DNA of 64,000 nt from an uncultured Gemmatimonadales bacterium (GTDB lineage Bacteria; Gemmatimonadota; Gemmatimonadetes; Gemmatimonadales; GWC2-71-9): NCBI GenBank assembly GCA_963844035.1, contig CAWJMT010000036.1, positions 181,534 through 245,533 on the forward strand, in the 5' to 3' direction. The notes beneath the pieces were generated by a model that did no database searches, was not told the origin of the DNA, and was given only the letters and a program-made list of their open reading frames with translations. Shown here one piece after another: positions 40,532 through 51,814 of the stretch. Both the position numbers and the translations under genes were made by a program. How positions within the stretch are numbered: the first letter of the stretch is position 1; every line of letters begins with the position of its first letter.

Positions 40532-41875
40532 ATGCTCGGGATCCTCGATCATACGCCCGCCCGCGCGCTCGGCGCCGCGGCTCATCCACTGGTCGGCACG
40601 CCGGAGGACTTCGACCCGTTGCTCGCGCTCGTGGGGACGGCGCGGTTTGTGCTCATCGGCGAGGCGTCGCACGGGACGCACGAGTTCTATCGCGTCCGGG
40701 CTGAAATCACCAAGCGACTCATCCGCGAGAAGGGCTTCACGTCGGTCGCCGTAGAAGCCGACTGGCCCGACGCCTACCGGGTGAACCGCTACGTGCGCGG
40801 GCGCGGCAGCGATCGTGATGCGACGGAGGCGCTCGGCGGCTTCAAGCGGTTTCCCCAGTGGATGTGGCGCAACGCCGACGTGCTGGACTTCGTCGGGTGG
40901 CTGCGGGCGCACAATGACGCGCTACCGGAAGCGGCCCGGGTCGGCTTCTACGGTCTCGACCTCTACAGCCTGCACGCCTCGATGGAAGCGGTCCTCAAGT
41001 ACTTGCTCGTCGTTGATCCCGCGGCCGCCGCGCGTGCCCGCCATCGGTACGCCTGCTTCGAGCAGTTCGGCGCCGACCCGCAAGGCTACGGCTACGCGGC
41101 CCGCATGGGGCTCGCGCCGTCGTGTGAGACCGAGGTCGTCGAGCAGCTCGCCGAGCTGCGGCGCTCGGCGGCCGAATATGCGCAGCGGGACGGCCGCCTG
41201 GAGCCCGACGACCTTTTCTTTGCCGAGCAGAACGCCCGGCTCGTGCGGAACGCGGAGCGCTACTACCGCGCGATGTTTGGGGATCGTGCGACGTCGTGGA
41301 ATCTGCGGGATCAGCACATGTTCGAGACACTCGACAACCTGATCGCGTTCCACGACGCCCGCGGACGGCGTGAGAAGGTCGTGGTCTGGGCCCACAACTC
41401 CCACCTGGGCGACGCCCGGGCCACGGAGATGGGGCGGAGCGGAGAGCTGAACCTGGGGCAGCTGGTCCGCACGCGGTACGGGCGTGACGCGTGTCTCGTC
41501 GGGTTCCTGACCCATTCCGGGACCGTGACAGCCGCATCCGATTGGGACGCGCCGGCGGAACGGAAGGTCGTGCGCCCCGCGTTGCCGCGGAGCTATGAGG
41601 CGCTATGTCACGAGGTGGGGGTCCAGAACTTCCTGCTGGACTTGACCGCTCCGGGGCCCGCGACGGCTGAGCTCGCGCGAGCCCGTTTGGAGCGGGCGAT
41701 CGGGGTCATCTACCGTCCCGACACGGAGCGGGCGAGCCACTACTTCCATGCCCGCCTGCCCGAGCAGTTCGACGCCGTGCTCTTCTACGACACCACGCGC
41801 GCGGTGGAGCCGCTCGAGCGGACCGGGTTGTGGGTGCGTGGCGAGGCGCCGGAGACGTTCCCCACGGCGCTGTGA
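40532..41875 (+). CDS. Erythromycin esterase family protein (Rv2030c C-domain-like)
   Basis: IGEASHGTHEFY, VEADWPDA, WNLRD and WAHNSH. Confidence 0.9.
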   Translation: MLGILDHTPARALGAAAHPLVGTPEDFDPLLALVGTARFVLIGEASHGTHEFYRVRAEITKRLIREKGFTSVAVEADWPDAYRVNRYVRGRGSDRDATEALGGFKRFPQWMWRNADVLDFVGWLRAHNDALPEAARVGFYGLDLYSLHASMEAVLKYLLVVDPAAAARARHRYACFEQFGADPQGYGYAARMGLAPSCETEVVEQLAELRRSAAEYAQRDGRLEPDDLFFAEQNARLVRNAERYYRAMFGDRATSWNLRDQHMFETLDNLIAFHDARGRREKVVVWAHNSHLGDARATEMGRSGELNLGQLVRTRYGRDACLVGFLTHSGTVTAASDWDAPAERKVVRPALPRSYEALCHEVGVQNFLLDLTAPGPATAELARARLERAIGVIYRPDTERASHYFHARLPEQFDAVLFYDTTRAVEPLERTGLWVRGEAPETFPTAL

Positions 41876-42899
41876 CTACGCCGCCGTCATCTCCATCTGC
41901 TTCGAGTACTTCCCGGTGGCCGCCGCACTCACGCATTTCACGCGGTGCAGGTACGCCTTCTGAGCGGCCGCCACGTTCCCAGCCTTTCCAGCCCACGTCT
42001 TGAGCGCCTCGTCCTGGAGCGCGCGACCGTACGAGAAGGACAGCGGCCAGGGGTTACTGCCCAGCGTGTTCATCACGTTGAGATGCTCGGTGGCAAGCGC
42101 GGGGCTCTGGCCACCCGACAGGAACACGATCCCCGGAACGGCGGACGGCACCGTGCGCCGCAGGGTGCGCACCGTCGCTTCGGCGACCTGCTGGACGCCC
42201 GCCTGCACCTTGCAGTCCTTGCCCGCGATCACCATGCTCGGCTTGAGGAGCATGTGCTCGAATACGACGCCGAGGCGGTACAACGCGCCGAACACCTGCT
42301 CCAGCGTGGCGGTGGTCACGGTCTCGGAGCGCTCGATCGTGTGATCGCCGTCCATCAGGACTTCCGGCTCCACGATCGGGACCAGGCCGGCTTCCTGGGC
42401 GAGCGCCGCGTAGCGGGCCAGCGCGTGGGCGTTGGCTTCGATGCACCCAGGCGTCGGGATGCCGGCGCCGATCGTGATCACCGCGCGCCACTTGGTGAAC
42501 CGCGCGCCGAGGCTGACGTACTCGGCCAGGCGCTCGCGCAGGCCGTCGAGTCCTTCGGTGACGGTCTCGCCGGGAAAGCGCGGCCAGCGCCTTCGCTCCC
42601 GTGTCGACCTTGATCCCTGCGAAGATGCCTTCCTTCTGCGAGGCGGTGGGGAAGGGAACGCCGGCCGCGGTCTTCTGGCGCAGCGTCTCGTCGTACAGGA
42701 TCGCGCCGCTCACGTACTGTCCGGCGCCCTTCGCGGTCAGCAGGAGCTCGCGGTACGACCGGCGATTCTCTTCGGTGTTCTCGACGTTGATCGCCTTGAA
42801 GCGCTTTCCGATTGTCGCATTGCTTTCGTCGGCGGCGACAATTCCGCGCCCGGGAGCGACCAGAGCTTTGGCGGTTGCTGCAAGATCGTGCGTGGCCAT
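41876..42899 (-). CDS. Class I fructose-bisphosphate aldolase, glycolytic (eukaryote-like) family (frameshift ~42578)
   Basis: [33 protein letters not shown] and FSYGRALQ. Confidence 0.92.
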
Positions 42900-42974
42900 G
42901 GGTTCAGTCCTCTGTTGTTTTCCAACTGCCGGGCCCACAAGCTAACCAGCAAGGGGCTGCCCCGGAAGCCAGGT

Positions 42975-45478
42975 TCATGAAGCCTCGCGGAGACGTTGCT
43001 CAGACCACAGGACCCGGCTGAGGCTCTGGGCGAGCCACCAGGCGAGGGCGACGCTCCCGGCAACCCAGGCCCAGGCGGCAGCCGGCAATGGCACCGTTCC
43101 GAAGATGCCTCCGGAGCGCCGGCACCAGCACGAGCGGGATCTGCGCAGCAAAACTCACGGCGATGGCGACGTGCAGGACGGGGTTGGACGGTGGCCGCAG
43201 CGCCGTTCGGCGCGCGGGGTACGCGAACAGCAATTGGCCCGCCGCCATGAAGATGAAGTTGGCCGTGGCGGCGACCGCGAGGGGCTGTCCGAGCAGCCGC
43301 GGCAGCAACCCGAGAATCGCGAACGCCACGAGCGCTTTGCTGGAGCCCGACAGCACGACGAAGTGGAGCGAGGGCCGGTCGAGCAGGGGCGCACGCGGGT
43401 CGCGCGGCGGACGCCGCATGACCCCGGGGTTGCGGTCGAGACCGAGGGCCAGGGCCGGAGCGCCGTCGCTCACCAGGTTGATCCACAGCAGCTGCACGGC
43501 GGTCAGGGGGAGCAGCAAGCTTCCCGCGGCGTCGCGCAGGTCGAGCAGGAACGCCGCGAGCGCGGCGCCGCTGACCACGAGCAGCTCGGACAGGTTGGTG
43601 GAAAACAGGAAGCGAATGAACTTCTGAATGTTCTCGTAGATGCTCCGCCCCTCCTCGACGGCGGCAACGATGGTCGCGAAGTTGTCGTCGAGCAGCACCA
43701 GGTCCGCCACCTCGCGACTGACGTCGCTGCCGCGTTGCCCCATGGCCACCCCGACGTCCGCACGCTTGAGCGCCGGGGCATCGTTGACGCCGTCGCCGGT
43801 GACCGCGACGATCTCCCCGGCTGCCTGGAGCGCTTCGACGATGCTCAGCTTCTGCTCGGCGGTCACTCTGGCAAACACATTCGCTTCCCGCACGGCGCGG
43901 CGCCGCTCCTCCGGACTCAGCAGCCCGAGCTCGGCACCCGTCACAACGCGCGAGGCGTCGATCCCCACCCCCCGAGCGACGGTTCGCGCGGTGCCGGGGT
44001 GATCCCCCGTGATCATCAGCACCCGAATCCCCGCTTCCCGGGCCTCGCGCACCGCGGCAGCCACCTCGGCCCGCGGCGGGTCCCACAGCAGGATGAGTCC
44101 CAGCCACGTGAGGTGGCTCTCACGCTCACCTTCGCCCCATGCCACAGCCAGCACGCGGTACCCGTCGGCACGCGTAGGCATCGATCTTTTCCCGCCAGGC
44201 GCGTTGCTCACCCTGCCGGGAGATCGGACCGGTCGAGCACGACTTCGGGCGCGCCCTTCATATAGGTGATGATCCGATCGCCCGCGGACACGCTCACCCG
44301 CATGTACATGGAGGCGGAATCAAAGGATCGGCCCGAGCGGCGCGGGTGCTTGGCAGCGCTTTCCGCGGGGTCGTGCCCCAGTGTCGCAGCGTAGTCGAGC
44401 AGCGCCAGCTCGAGCGGGTCTCCCGCGCGCGTGGCCGCGTCCGCGTCGTTGGCGAGGACCATCGCCAGGAGCGCGCGCTCCTGATCCGGAGAGTCCACCG
44501 AGCGTACGCCCAGGCGGTTTTCGGTGAGCGTGCCGGTCTTGTCGGTCGCAATCACGGTGACCGAGCCCAGGGCCTCGACGGCGACCAACTTTCGCACGAC
44601 GGCCTTGCGCCGCGCCATCCGCTGCACGCCGAGGGTGAGGGTCAACGTCAAGACGGCCGGGAGACCCTCGGGCACCGCGGCCACCGCCAGCGCCGCGCTG
44701 AAGATCACGATCTGCCACAGGCTGCCTAGACCCTCGGCCCACACGCCCGCGACGATGAGCAACGCCGCGATCACCACAACCCATCCGGCCACCCTGCGGC
44801 CGAAGGCGTCGAGTCTGCGCTCGAGCGGCGTGCGCTCCTGCCGCACCTCCTGTAACAGGGCGGCCAGGTGGCCGAGGGCGCTCGCCGGCCCGGTGCGGAT
44901 CACTTCCGCGTAGGTCTTACCGCGGACGACGAGCGTGCCGGCGGAGAGCTCATGACGCGCGGCCTTGTCGACGGGAAGGGACTCGCCCGTCAGAACGGAC
45001 TCGTCGACCAGGAGACTCTCCGCATCCAGCGCCAACGCATCCGCGGGCACGCGATCTCCCCCTTCGAGGCGGATCACGTCGCCCGGAACGAGGTCTGCGC
45101 CCGGGATGTGCGCCAGCGCGCCATCCCGCAATGCCCACGCTTGGGGCGCCCCGAGTTTCTTGAGCGCGGCGAGGGCCGCTTCGGCCTGGCGCTCCTGCCA
45201 GACGCCAAGTGCGGCGTTGAGCAACAGGATTCCTGCGATCGCGAGGGATTCAACAGGGAATCCTCGCGCGTCGCCGGCGATCCAGACCGCCAGGTCGATG
45301 AGCAACGCCAGCAGCAGCACATAGATGATGGGGTGTCCAAACTGGGCGGCGAACCGCCGCCACAAGGCGGCTGCGGCGGCGCGGGAAGCGCATTCGGTCC
45401 TACGCGCGCGCGGCGCTCGCGGGCCTCGACGCTCGAGAGCCCGCGTGGTCGGGGGGCGGCGGTACTAGCCGCCGTCAC
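42975..45478 (-). CDS. P2-type cation-transporting ATPase (CtpF-like; frameshifts ~45365, ~44215, ~43105)
   Basis: TGES, PEGL, DKTGT, KGAPE, TGDGVND and QLLWINL. Confidence 0.9.
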
Positions 45479-45840
45479 GTGCTGTGCTCGCGGCACCTCC
45501 GCGCCCACGGCACAATGTCGAGGCGCTCGAACGGGATGGGCTCGCCGGCGCGCTCGCACAGCCCGTACTCCTCCGGCCGTGCATAGAGCAACTCCAAGGC
45601 GGCGTCAATCTCGCCCAGCTCCTTTGTCTGCCGCGCGGCATTCGCCGCTTCGAGCTCCTGGTCCGCCGTGTCGGTCCCAACGTCGGCCTTGTGCAAGCGG
45701 GACCCTGAGATGTCGCCGGTTTCCTCTCGCACGCTATCCCGCGTGTTCCGGGCATAGCGATCGAGCGAGCGTACCAGGCGGTCCCGCTCTTCCAGGAGCC
45801 GGTGCTCCAGGTGTTTGCGACGGGCTACGGCAAGTGTCAT
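45475..45840 (-). CDS. TraR/DksA family protein with two-Cys finger
   Basis: AAGGAGG RBS; coiled coil; YGLCERAGEPIPFERLDIVPWARRCREH. Confidence 0.85.
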   Translation of the reverse strand: MTLAVARRKHLEHRLLEERDRLVRSLDRYARNTRDSVREETGDISGSRLHKADVGTDTADQELEAANAARQTKELGEIDAALELLYARPEEYGLCERAGEPIPFERLDIVPWARRCREHST

Positions 45841-45892
45841 GTGATCCTCCTTACATGGGCCGCGCGTGACCACGGGTTTCGCACTCCGGCCC

Positions 45893-45947
45893 AGTCTACC
45901 GCGGGGCGGCTGAGCGGAGAACGAACGGCGTGTGAGGGGTCCTTCAG
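45893..45947 (-). promoter_or_regulatory. CTTCA-box promoter of the dksA-ATPase-aldolase unit
   Basis: Minus CTGAAG-N4-CCTCAC-N5-GTTCGT-N5-GCTCAG-N11-TAGACT. Confidence 0.7.
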
Positions 45948-46432
45948 AGCGCGCGGCCTTCCGCCATGCTCGCCGGCATCCGCACTGCCACCACTTCCCC
46001 CCGCGCGGTGACCCGACCTGCGGCCGAGACCGACGCCTCGACGACCGTCTTGCGGTCGCCGATCTCCTTGACGCGCGCCCGGACCTCGAGCTCAGGCCCA
46101 AGCGGCGTGGGGGCGACGAAGTCCACCCGCAGCGCCGCCGTCACAAAGCGGGGGGCCGGCCCGTCGCCGATCTCGCGGCCCGCGGCCCGCTCGGCGGCCG
46201 CCGCGGCCGTGCCCATGGCGTGGCAGTCGATGAGCGAGGCGATCAGCCCGCCGTAGACGAAACCCGGTACGGCGACGTGCTCGGGGCGCGGGAGAAAATG
46301 CGCCACGGTTTCATCGCCGTCCCAGCGGGTCTTGAGCTTGAGCCCCTGGGGATTCAGCCGCCCGCACCCGTAGCAGTGGGCAAAATCGTCGGGGTAGAAG
46401 TCCTGGATGGCGCGTGGGGGCGGGGCGTCCAT
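45944..46432 (-). CDS. PaaI/hotdog thioesterase
   Basis: HCYGCGRLNPQG, GFVYGGLIASLIDC and VTAALRVDF. Confidence 0.85.
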   Translation of the reverse strand: MDAPPPRAIQDFYPDDFAHCYGCGRLNPQGLKLKTRWDGDETVAHFLPRPEHVAVPGFVYGGLIASLIDCHAMGTAAAAAERAAGREIGDGPAPRFVTAALRVDFVAPTPLGPELEVRARVKEIGDRKTVVEASVSAAGRVTARGEVVAVRMPASMAEGRAL

Positions 46433-46523
46433 AGTGGGATATCCTTGGGGTGCCGGGCGTCGGGCGATGTCGGTGCTGGTGCATCCAACAATCGCCCGGC
46501 GCATGGCGACTGGCCAGGGTCCC

Positions 46524-47452
46524 TCAGATCAAGACGCCCTCCCACCCCGACCTCTTGGCTTTCCCAAGCACCGGCTCGCGCGCCGTCGCATGCGCGTACG
46601 CCGGTACGATCAGCAACGACGTGGGCAACTGGTTCAGCAGCCGCTCGGTGACACTCCCGAGCAGCAGCCGGTCCACGACCCCCTTGCCGTGCGAGCCGAC
46701 CACCACGAGATCCGCCAGCCACGCCGCCGCCTCCTGCCTGATCAGGTCGAGCGGCATGCCGTAGCGGACGAACCGCTCCGCCCCCTCCGCCTTCACCATG
46801 GGCCACACGTCTTGCGTGACGTGCTCCTCGAGGATGTTGTAGTACTCGGCCGAATGGTATGTCGGCGCGCCCGGGACTTCGGGGAGCGGCTCGAGCACGG
46901 TGATCACCCGCAGCTGGGCGCCGAACAGGGCGGCGAATACGCTCCGCCTCGGCGATCGTCGGCTGCGCCGCCGGAGATGCATCGACGGCAGCCAGGACGT
47001 GCCGAATCGGGGCACGGCCGCGCGGTGACGAGCAGCGGTATGCCCAGCGTCCGAACGGCGTCAATCGCCGTACTGCCGGCGAGCCATCGGCCCACCGTCG
47101 AGTGGTGCTTCCCGCCCAGGACCACCAGCTCAGCCCCCACTTCGCGTGCAACGTCTTTCAAGGCTATGGCCGGGCGCCCGGCACGGACGACGATGCGCTC
47201 GAGCAATGCCGTGGGGACGACACCCTGCGCGCCGTGCAGCACCTGCTCGCGGGCGTGGGCAAGCTGTGCGGCCGCGAACTCTTCGGCTCCCAATGGAAGC
47301 TCGGCCAGCGCGAGCGCCGAAACGACGTCGCGCGTCGCATGCACGAGCTGGCAGGTCGTGCTGCCTCTCTGGGCGATATCGGCTCCCAACGCCGCCGCCC
47401 AGGCCGACTCGGGCGAGCCATCAACGCCGACTACGATCGGGTTCCACGACAT
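46524..47452 (-). CDS. Tandem-domain universal stress protein (frameshifted ~46940-47015)
   Basis: PIVVGVDGS, GGKHH and VVGSHGKGVVDRLLLGSVTE. Confidence 0.88.
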
Positions 47453-47464
47453 ATGCCCTCCCTC

Positions 47465-48172
47465 CTACTCGTTGGCCGGCGTTGCCGCCGGTGCGGAGTG
47501 CCGGCTGCCGAACCGATAGGACAGGCCGATGGTATACGTGAAGTCCCACTGCGTACGATCGAAGTCGCCGGTGCTCACCTCTAACGGATAAGCCTGACCG
47601 CCAGTGGTCGGGATGTACACCCGCATGGGGGTGAATCCGCCCTGGTCCCACTGGTAGACGAGACCTTTTCCCTCAGTGAACAGTTCGAACCCCGTCTTCG
47701 CGATCGCATAGAAGAATCCCGCGCCGAACATGCCCGCCGGGTTCGTGAACGAGTTGACTGTGGAGTTGCTCCCCAGCTCGTTGATCGTGACGGCTCCGCC
47801 CCCGAGGAAGAGATACGGCGTGATGTGCTCCCCGAGCGGGTAGCCGAACTCCACATGGGCGCCGTAAAAGAACCGGTCGAACAGCCCACCCGCGAACGAC
47901 TCATCACCCTGGCCCTGGTTCTCGGCATAGGTGAAATCGCCATGCACGGCCACGAAGCGAGTGAACTGCATTCCCACAGTGGCCCCAACGGTCGAACCTT
48001 GCGTGAAATGAGCCTCTCCGTGGGAGCCTCCGGCGTTGTTGAGGTTCAACAAGTGACTGTATCCACCGCCGTATACGCCGACGACAACGGACCGACCCGT
48101 TTGCGCGCCGAGCGGCATGGTGGCGCAGCAGGCCGCGAGCGCGGCCGCAGCGAAGCGATTTCTGTATAGCAT
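47465..48172 (-). CDS. Outer-membrane beta-barrel protein
   Basis: Signal peptide; PYLFLGGG; C-terminal IGLSYRF strand. Confidence 0.75.
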   Translation of the reverse strand: MLYRNRFAAAALAACCATMPLGAQTGRSVVVGVYGGGYSHLLNLNNAGGSHGEAHFTQGSTVGATVGMQFTRFVAVHGDFTYAENQGQGDESFAGGLFDRFFYGAHVEFGYPLGEHITPYLFLGGGAVTINELGSNSTVNSFTNPAGMFGAGFFYAIAKTGFELFTEGKGLVYQWDQGGFTPMRVYIPTTGGQAYPLEVSTGDFDRTQWDFTYTIGLSYRFGSRHSAPAATPANE

Positions 48173-48216
48173 TGGATTCCACCCTCCTCTCTCAGTTGCA
48201 GTGTGGTCGATCGCCG

Positions 48217-49134
48217 TCAGGCGAACGCCGGGTGTTGCTCCATCCGCCCCGCAGCGTCTTCCGCCGCCACCACCGCGTACACCGGCACCACCAGCACGGA
48301 TGTCGGCAAGCGATTCAGCAGCCGCTCCGTGACGCTGCCCACCAGCAGCCGATCCACCCAGCCTTTGCCGTGCGATCCAACTACCACGAGATCGGCGTCC
48401 CAGTCGGCCGCTTCCTGGAGAATCGCCTCGATAGCGGTCCCGTAGCGCGTGACTTTCTCCGCCTTGGACGACTGGACCAACGGCCACACCCCGTGCGCGA
48501 TTTGGTCGTCCAACATCGCGTAGTAGTGGGGCAGGTCGAAGTTGGGCGCTTCGGGGATGACGGGAAGCGGCTCAATCACGCACATCACCCGCAGCTCTGC
48601 GCCGACCAGCGTGGCGAAGCGCTCGGCTGCCTCGATTGTCGGACGCGCCGCAGGGGACATGTCCACCGCCGCCAGGATGCGCCGGATCGGTCCCCGTTTG
48701 TCGCCGGTGACAAGCACCGGCACGTCGGTTGTGCGCAGCAAGTCGAGGCCGGTGCTGCCGGCAAACCAGCGCGCCGCTACCGAATGGTGCTTCCCGCCCA
48801 GCACGATCAGGCCGGCATCGCGTTCGGCGGCCAGGTGTTTCAGCACGGCAGCCGTACGGCCGAGGCGAACGATCAGTCGCTGCACCACGTCCGGCGGTAC
48901 CACACCCCACATGGAATGCAGCATCCGCTCGCGCGCGTTCTCCATGAGCGCGTGGCGGAACTCCGCCGCCCGCTCTGGCATCTCGGCGATGGCGAACTTC
49001 GACCACCCATCCTGCGTTACATGCACGAGCTGGCAGCTCGTGCCTGCCGCCTGAGCCAAGTCCGCCGCGACAGCCGCGGCCCGTGCGGATTCGGCCGAGC
49101 CGTCCACGCCGGCCACGATGGGCTTCCACGTCAT
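48217..49134 (-). CDS. Tandem-domain universal stress protein
   Basis: PIVAGVDGS, GGKHH and VVGSHGKGWVDRLLVGSVTE. Confidence 0.92.
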   Translation of the reverse strand: MTWKPIVAGVDGSAESARAAAVAADLAQAAGTSCQLVHVTQDGWSKFAIAEMPERAAEFRHALMENARERMLHSMWGVVPPDVVQRLIVRLGRTAAVLKHLAAERDAGLIVLGGKHHSVAARWFAGSTGLDLLRTTDVPVLVTGDKRGPIRRILAAVDMSPAARPTIEAAERFATLVGAELRVMCVIEPLPVIPEAPNFDLPHYYAMLDDQIAHGVWPLVQSSKAEKVTRYGTAIEAILQEAADWDADLVVVGSHGKGWVDRLLVGSVTERLLNRLPTSVLVVPVYAVVAAEDAAGRMEQHPAFA

Positions 49135-49165
49135 AGTGCCCTCCCAAGCCATGAGGTGTACGGTC

Positions 49166-49302
49166 AAGATCGCGGCCCCCCCATGAACGGGACCTGAGGC
49201 AACGCGGAAACCCGCTTCATGTCCGCTCTGGGCCGGTCTGGTACGGAGTGAGGAGGTCTTCAGGGCGCCTTCGCGGAGGCTTCATCCTGGAGGGGCGATA
49301 CT
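49166..49302. promoter_or_regulatory. Divergent CTTCA-box promoters (USP operon / CBS-sensor kinase operon)
   Basis: Minus ATGAAG-N4-TTTCCG-N5-CCTCAG-N5-GTTCAT-N11-GATCTT; plus GTGAGG-N4-CTTCAG-N5-CTTCGC-N5-CTTCAT-N11-GATACT. Confidence 0.8.
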
Positions 49303-49331
49303 CCCGTCGGACCCCTAATGGAGTTGCCCCT

Positions 49332-49734
49332 ATGAAAGTCGCTGAACTGATGCACACCGAGCTCAAGACGATCAGCATCGATTCGACGGTCGGCGATGCG
49401 GTGGATGCCTTGACCGAGGCGCAGGTCTCCGCGCTTGCCGGTGGTGGACCGATTCGGACGCGCGGTCGGGGTGGTATCGACTCGCGAGATCCTCAAGGCC
49501 GAGAGCACGTTCAACAATCCGCGCGCGCGTGATGTGCTGTTCGACCGGACGACCCTGCTCGAGATCATGGCGCCCTGGCCGCCCACGATCGCGCCCGAGG
49601 CGGACGTGAAGGAAGCGGCCCAGCAGATGCTGTACGTCGATGCGCAGCGGCTGTTCGTCGAGGACGAGGGGAATCTGGTCGGGGTGATCTCGCAGAGCGA
49701 TGTCGTTGCGGCCGTCGCGCGGACCAAGATTTAG
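49332..49734 (+). CDS. CBS domain protein (frameshift ~49435)
   Basis: MKVAELM, PVVD..AVGVVS and LVGVISQSD. Confidence 0.85.
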
Positions 49735-49763
49735 GGGGTATCTTGCTGGCCAAGGGAGGACCC

Positions 49764-51050
49764 TTGGCCAAACGCCCCACGGCCACAAAAAAAGCGAAGA
49801 GGCAGGCCAGTTCGCACTCGCGAGGTGTCGCGCGTGCGGCACCGTTTCGAGCGCCTGCTCGAGGCGGGCGTCGCGATATTTTCCGAGCACTCACTCAGTG
49901 CCGTGCTGCAGCGCGTCGCGGATTCCGCGCGCGAGGTCGTTGGCGCACGCTACGCCGCGTTGGGCGTGATCGGCGAGGACGGCACGACCCTCACCCAATT
50001 CATCACCTCCGGGATGTCCGAGGCCGAGCGGGAGCGCATCGGCGATCTCCCGCAGCGGCCGCGGGCTGCTCGGCCTGGTCATCCGCAAACGCAAGGCGAT
50101 TCGCTCCGCGGACTTGAACCGTCATCCCGAGCGGGTCGGGTTCCCGCCCCATCACCCCCCGATGAAATCGTTTCTCGGCGTCCCGATCGTACTGCGGGGC
50201 AAGGTGTTCGGGAACTTGTACCTGACCGAGAAGGTCGGGGCGAAAGAGTTCGATGCCGAAGACGAGGCGATCGCCGCGTTCCTCGCGACGAAGGCTGCGG
50301 TGGCCGTGGAGAGCGCACGCCTGTACGAGCAGAGCCAGAAGCTCGTCGGTGAGGTGCAGGAGATGCACCGGCAGCGCGATCTCTTCTTCGCCTCGATGAA
50401 CCACGAGCTGCGCAACGCCCTCACCGGCGTGTACGGCTGGGCGGAGCGGTTGGTCCGCGCCAAGGGCAGCCCGCAGGCGCTCGCGGAGGCGGCGAACGAG
50501 GTGTACGAGGGGGCGGAGCGGACGATCACGCTGCTCAACAATTTCCTGGACTTGAGCCGGCTCGACGCCGGCAAGGTGCGTCCCGTGATGCGGGACGTGG
50601 ATGTGCACGCCGCGGTGAAACGGGCCATTCGCGACCGTGCGGCCGGCAGCGGACGCGAAGCAGCAGCGGCTCGAAGCTGAGTACGCCAACGGCATTTCGC
50701 GCGTGCGCAGCGACCCGTTGCGAGTGGAGCAGATCCTCCTCAACCTCCTGCGCAACGCGGTGCAACACAGTCCCGACAACGCACCGATCACCGTGCGCGT
50801 CGCTGCCGAGACGGAGGGGATCACCTTCCGGGTCGTCGATCGTGGCCCGGGCATCCCGGCCGACGTGCAAGCGTGGATCTTCGAGCCGTTCGAGCGCTTC
50901 GACACGGAGTCAGGCGTCGGTACCGGACTCGGACTTCCGGTCTCGCGCAAACTTGCGGAGCTGCTGGGCGGGCGGCTCACCGTTGAGAGCCGGGTGGGGG
51001 AAGGCGCCACCTTCACGCTCGCGCTTCCCGCGACGCCGCCCCAAGTGTGA
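49764..51050 (+). CDS. Cytoplasmic sensor kinase: DosS/DevS-type GAF + HisKA + HATPase (frameshifts ~49830, ~50053, ~50632; start uncertain)
   Basis: ARYAALGV, GFPPHHPPMKSFLGVPI, FGNLYLTEK; NHELRN; NLLRNA, DRGPG and GTGLGL. Confidence 0.88.
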
Positions 51051-51101
51051 GCCTTTCTTCAGGTAGCGTTTGCCGTGGGTTTACCAAGCCCCGGCTAGTC
51101 T
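51047..51101 (+). promoter_or_regulatory. CTTCA-box promoter of the response regulator (possible autoregulation)
   Basis: GTGAGC-N4-CTTCAG-N5-GTTTGC-N5-GTTTAC-N11-TAGTCT. Confidence 0.65.
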
Positions 51102-51127
51102 GACACAACACTTACTCCCCATATGCC

Positions 51128-51814
51128 ATGAAAATCCTTGTCGTAGAAGACGATCGCAAAGTCGCCGGTTTCATCGAGCAGGGGCTCCGGGAGGAGGGCT
51201 ACGCCGTGGACGTGGCCCCCGACGGAGATCAAGCCACGATGCTGGCGCACGTGTACGAGTACGACTTGCTCGTGCTCGACGTCATGCTCCCGAAAAAGAC
51301 GGGGCTCCAGATCGCCGCAGAGCTGCGCCGCGAGGGGCGCAAGACCCCCATCCTGATGCTCACGGCGCGGGACACCACGGAGGATGTGGTGCGCGGGCTC
51401 GACGCGGGAGCGGACGACTACCTCACCAAGCCGTTCAAGTTCGACGAGCTGCTGGCCCGCGTGCGCGCCCTGGTGCGGCGCGGGGGCGCCGGGCGCACCG
51501 AGTTGCTGAGCTACAGCGCCATCGAGCTCGACCGCCTGAAGCACAAGGCCAAAGTCAACGGCAAGAAGCTGGACTTGACCCCGAAGGAGTTCCAGCTGCT
51601 CGAGCACTTCCTGTTACGGCCTGAGGAGGTCATTCGGCGGACCGACTTGCTCGAGAAGGTGTGGGACCTGCACTTCGATCCGGAGAGCAACGTGGTCGAC
51701 GTGCACGTGGGTAACCTGCGTCGCAAGCTGCGCGAGGCGGCCGGCGTGGATCTGCTGGCCACCGTGCGTGGCGTGGGGTTCCGCCTGCAGTCGCCCGACC
51801 GGGCCGACGAGTGA
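51128..51814 (+). CDS. OmpR/PhoB-family response regulator (CusR/MprA-like)
   Basis: VVEDD, LDVMLP, GADDYLTKPF, LTPKEF, NVVDVHV and TVRGVGF. Confidence 0.95.
   Translation: MKILVVEDDRKVAGFIEQGLREEGYAVDVAPDGDQATMLAHVYEYDLLVLDVMLPKKTGLQIAAELRREGRKTPILMLTARDTTEDVVRGLDAGADDYLTKPFKFDELLARVRALVRRGGAGRTELLSYSAIELDRLKHKAKVNGKKLDLTPKEFQLLEHFLLRPEEVIRRTDLLEKVWDLHFDPESNVVDVHVGNLRRKLREAAGVDLLATVRGVGFRLQSPDRADE

Noticed and set aside
39908..41875. 655-aa PRT-esterase fusion as called
   Set aside because: The junction is out of the PRT frame; a real Rv2030c-like fusion is possible but cannot be shown
42963..43003. CTTCA-like sites upstream of the aldolase
   Set aside because: Overlap the corrected ATPase 3' end and lack a -10 at the fixed spacing
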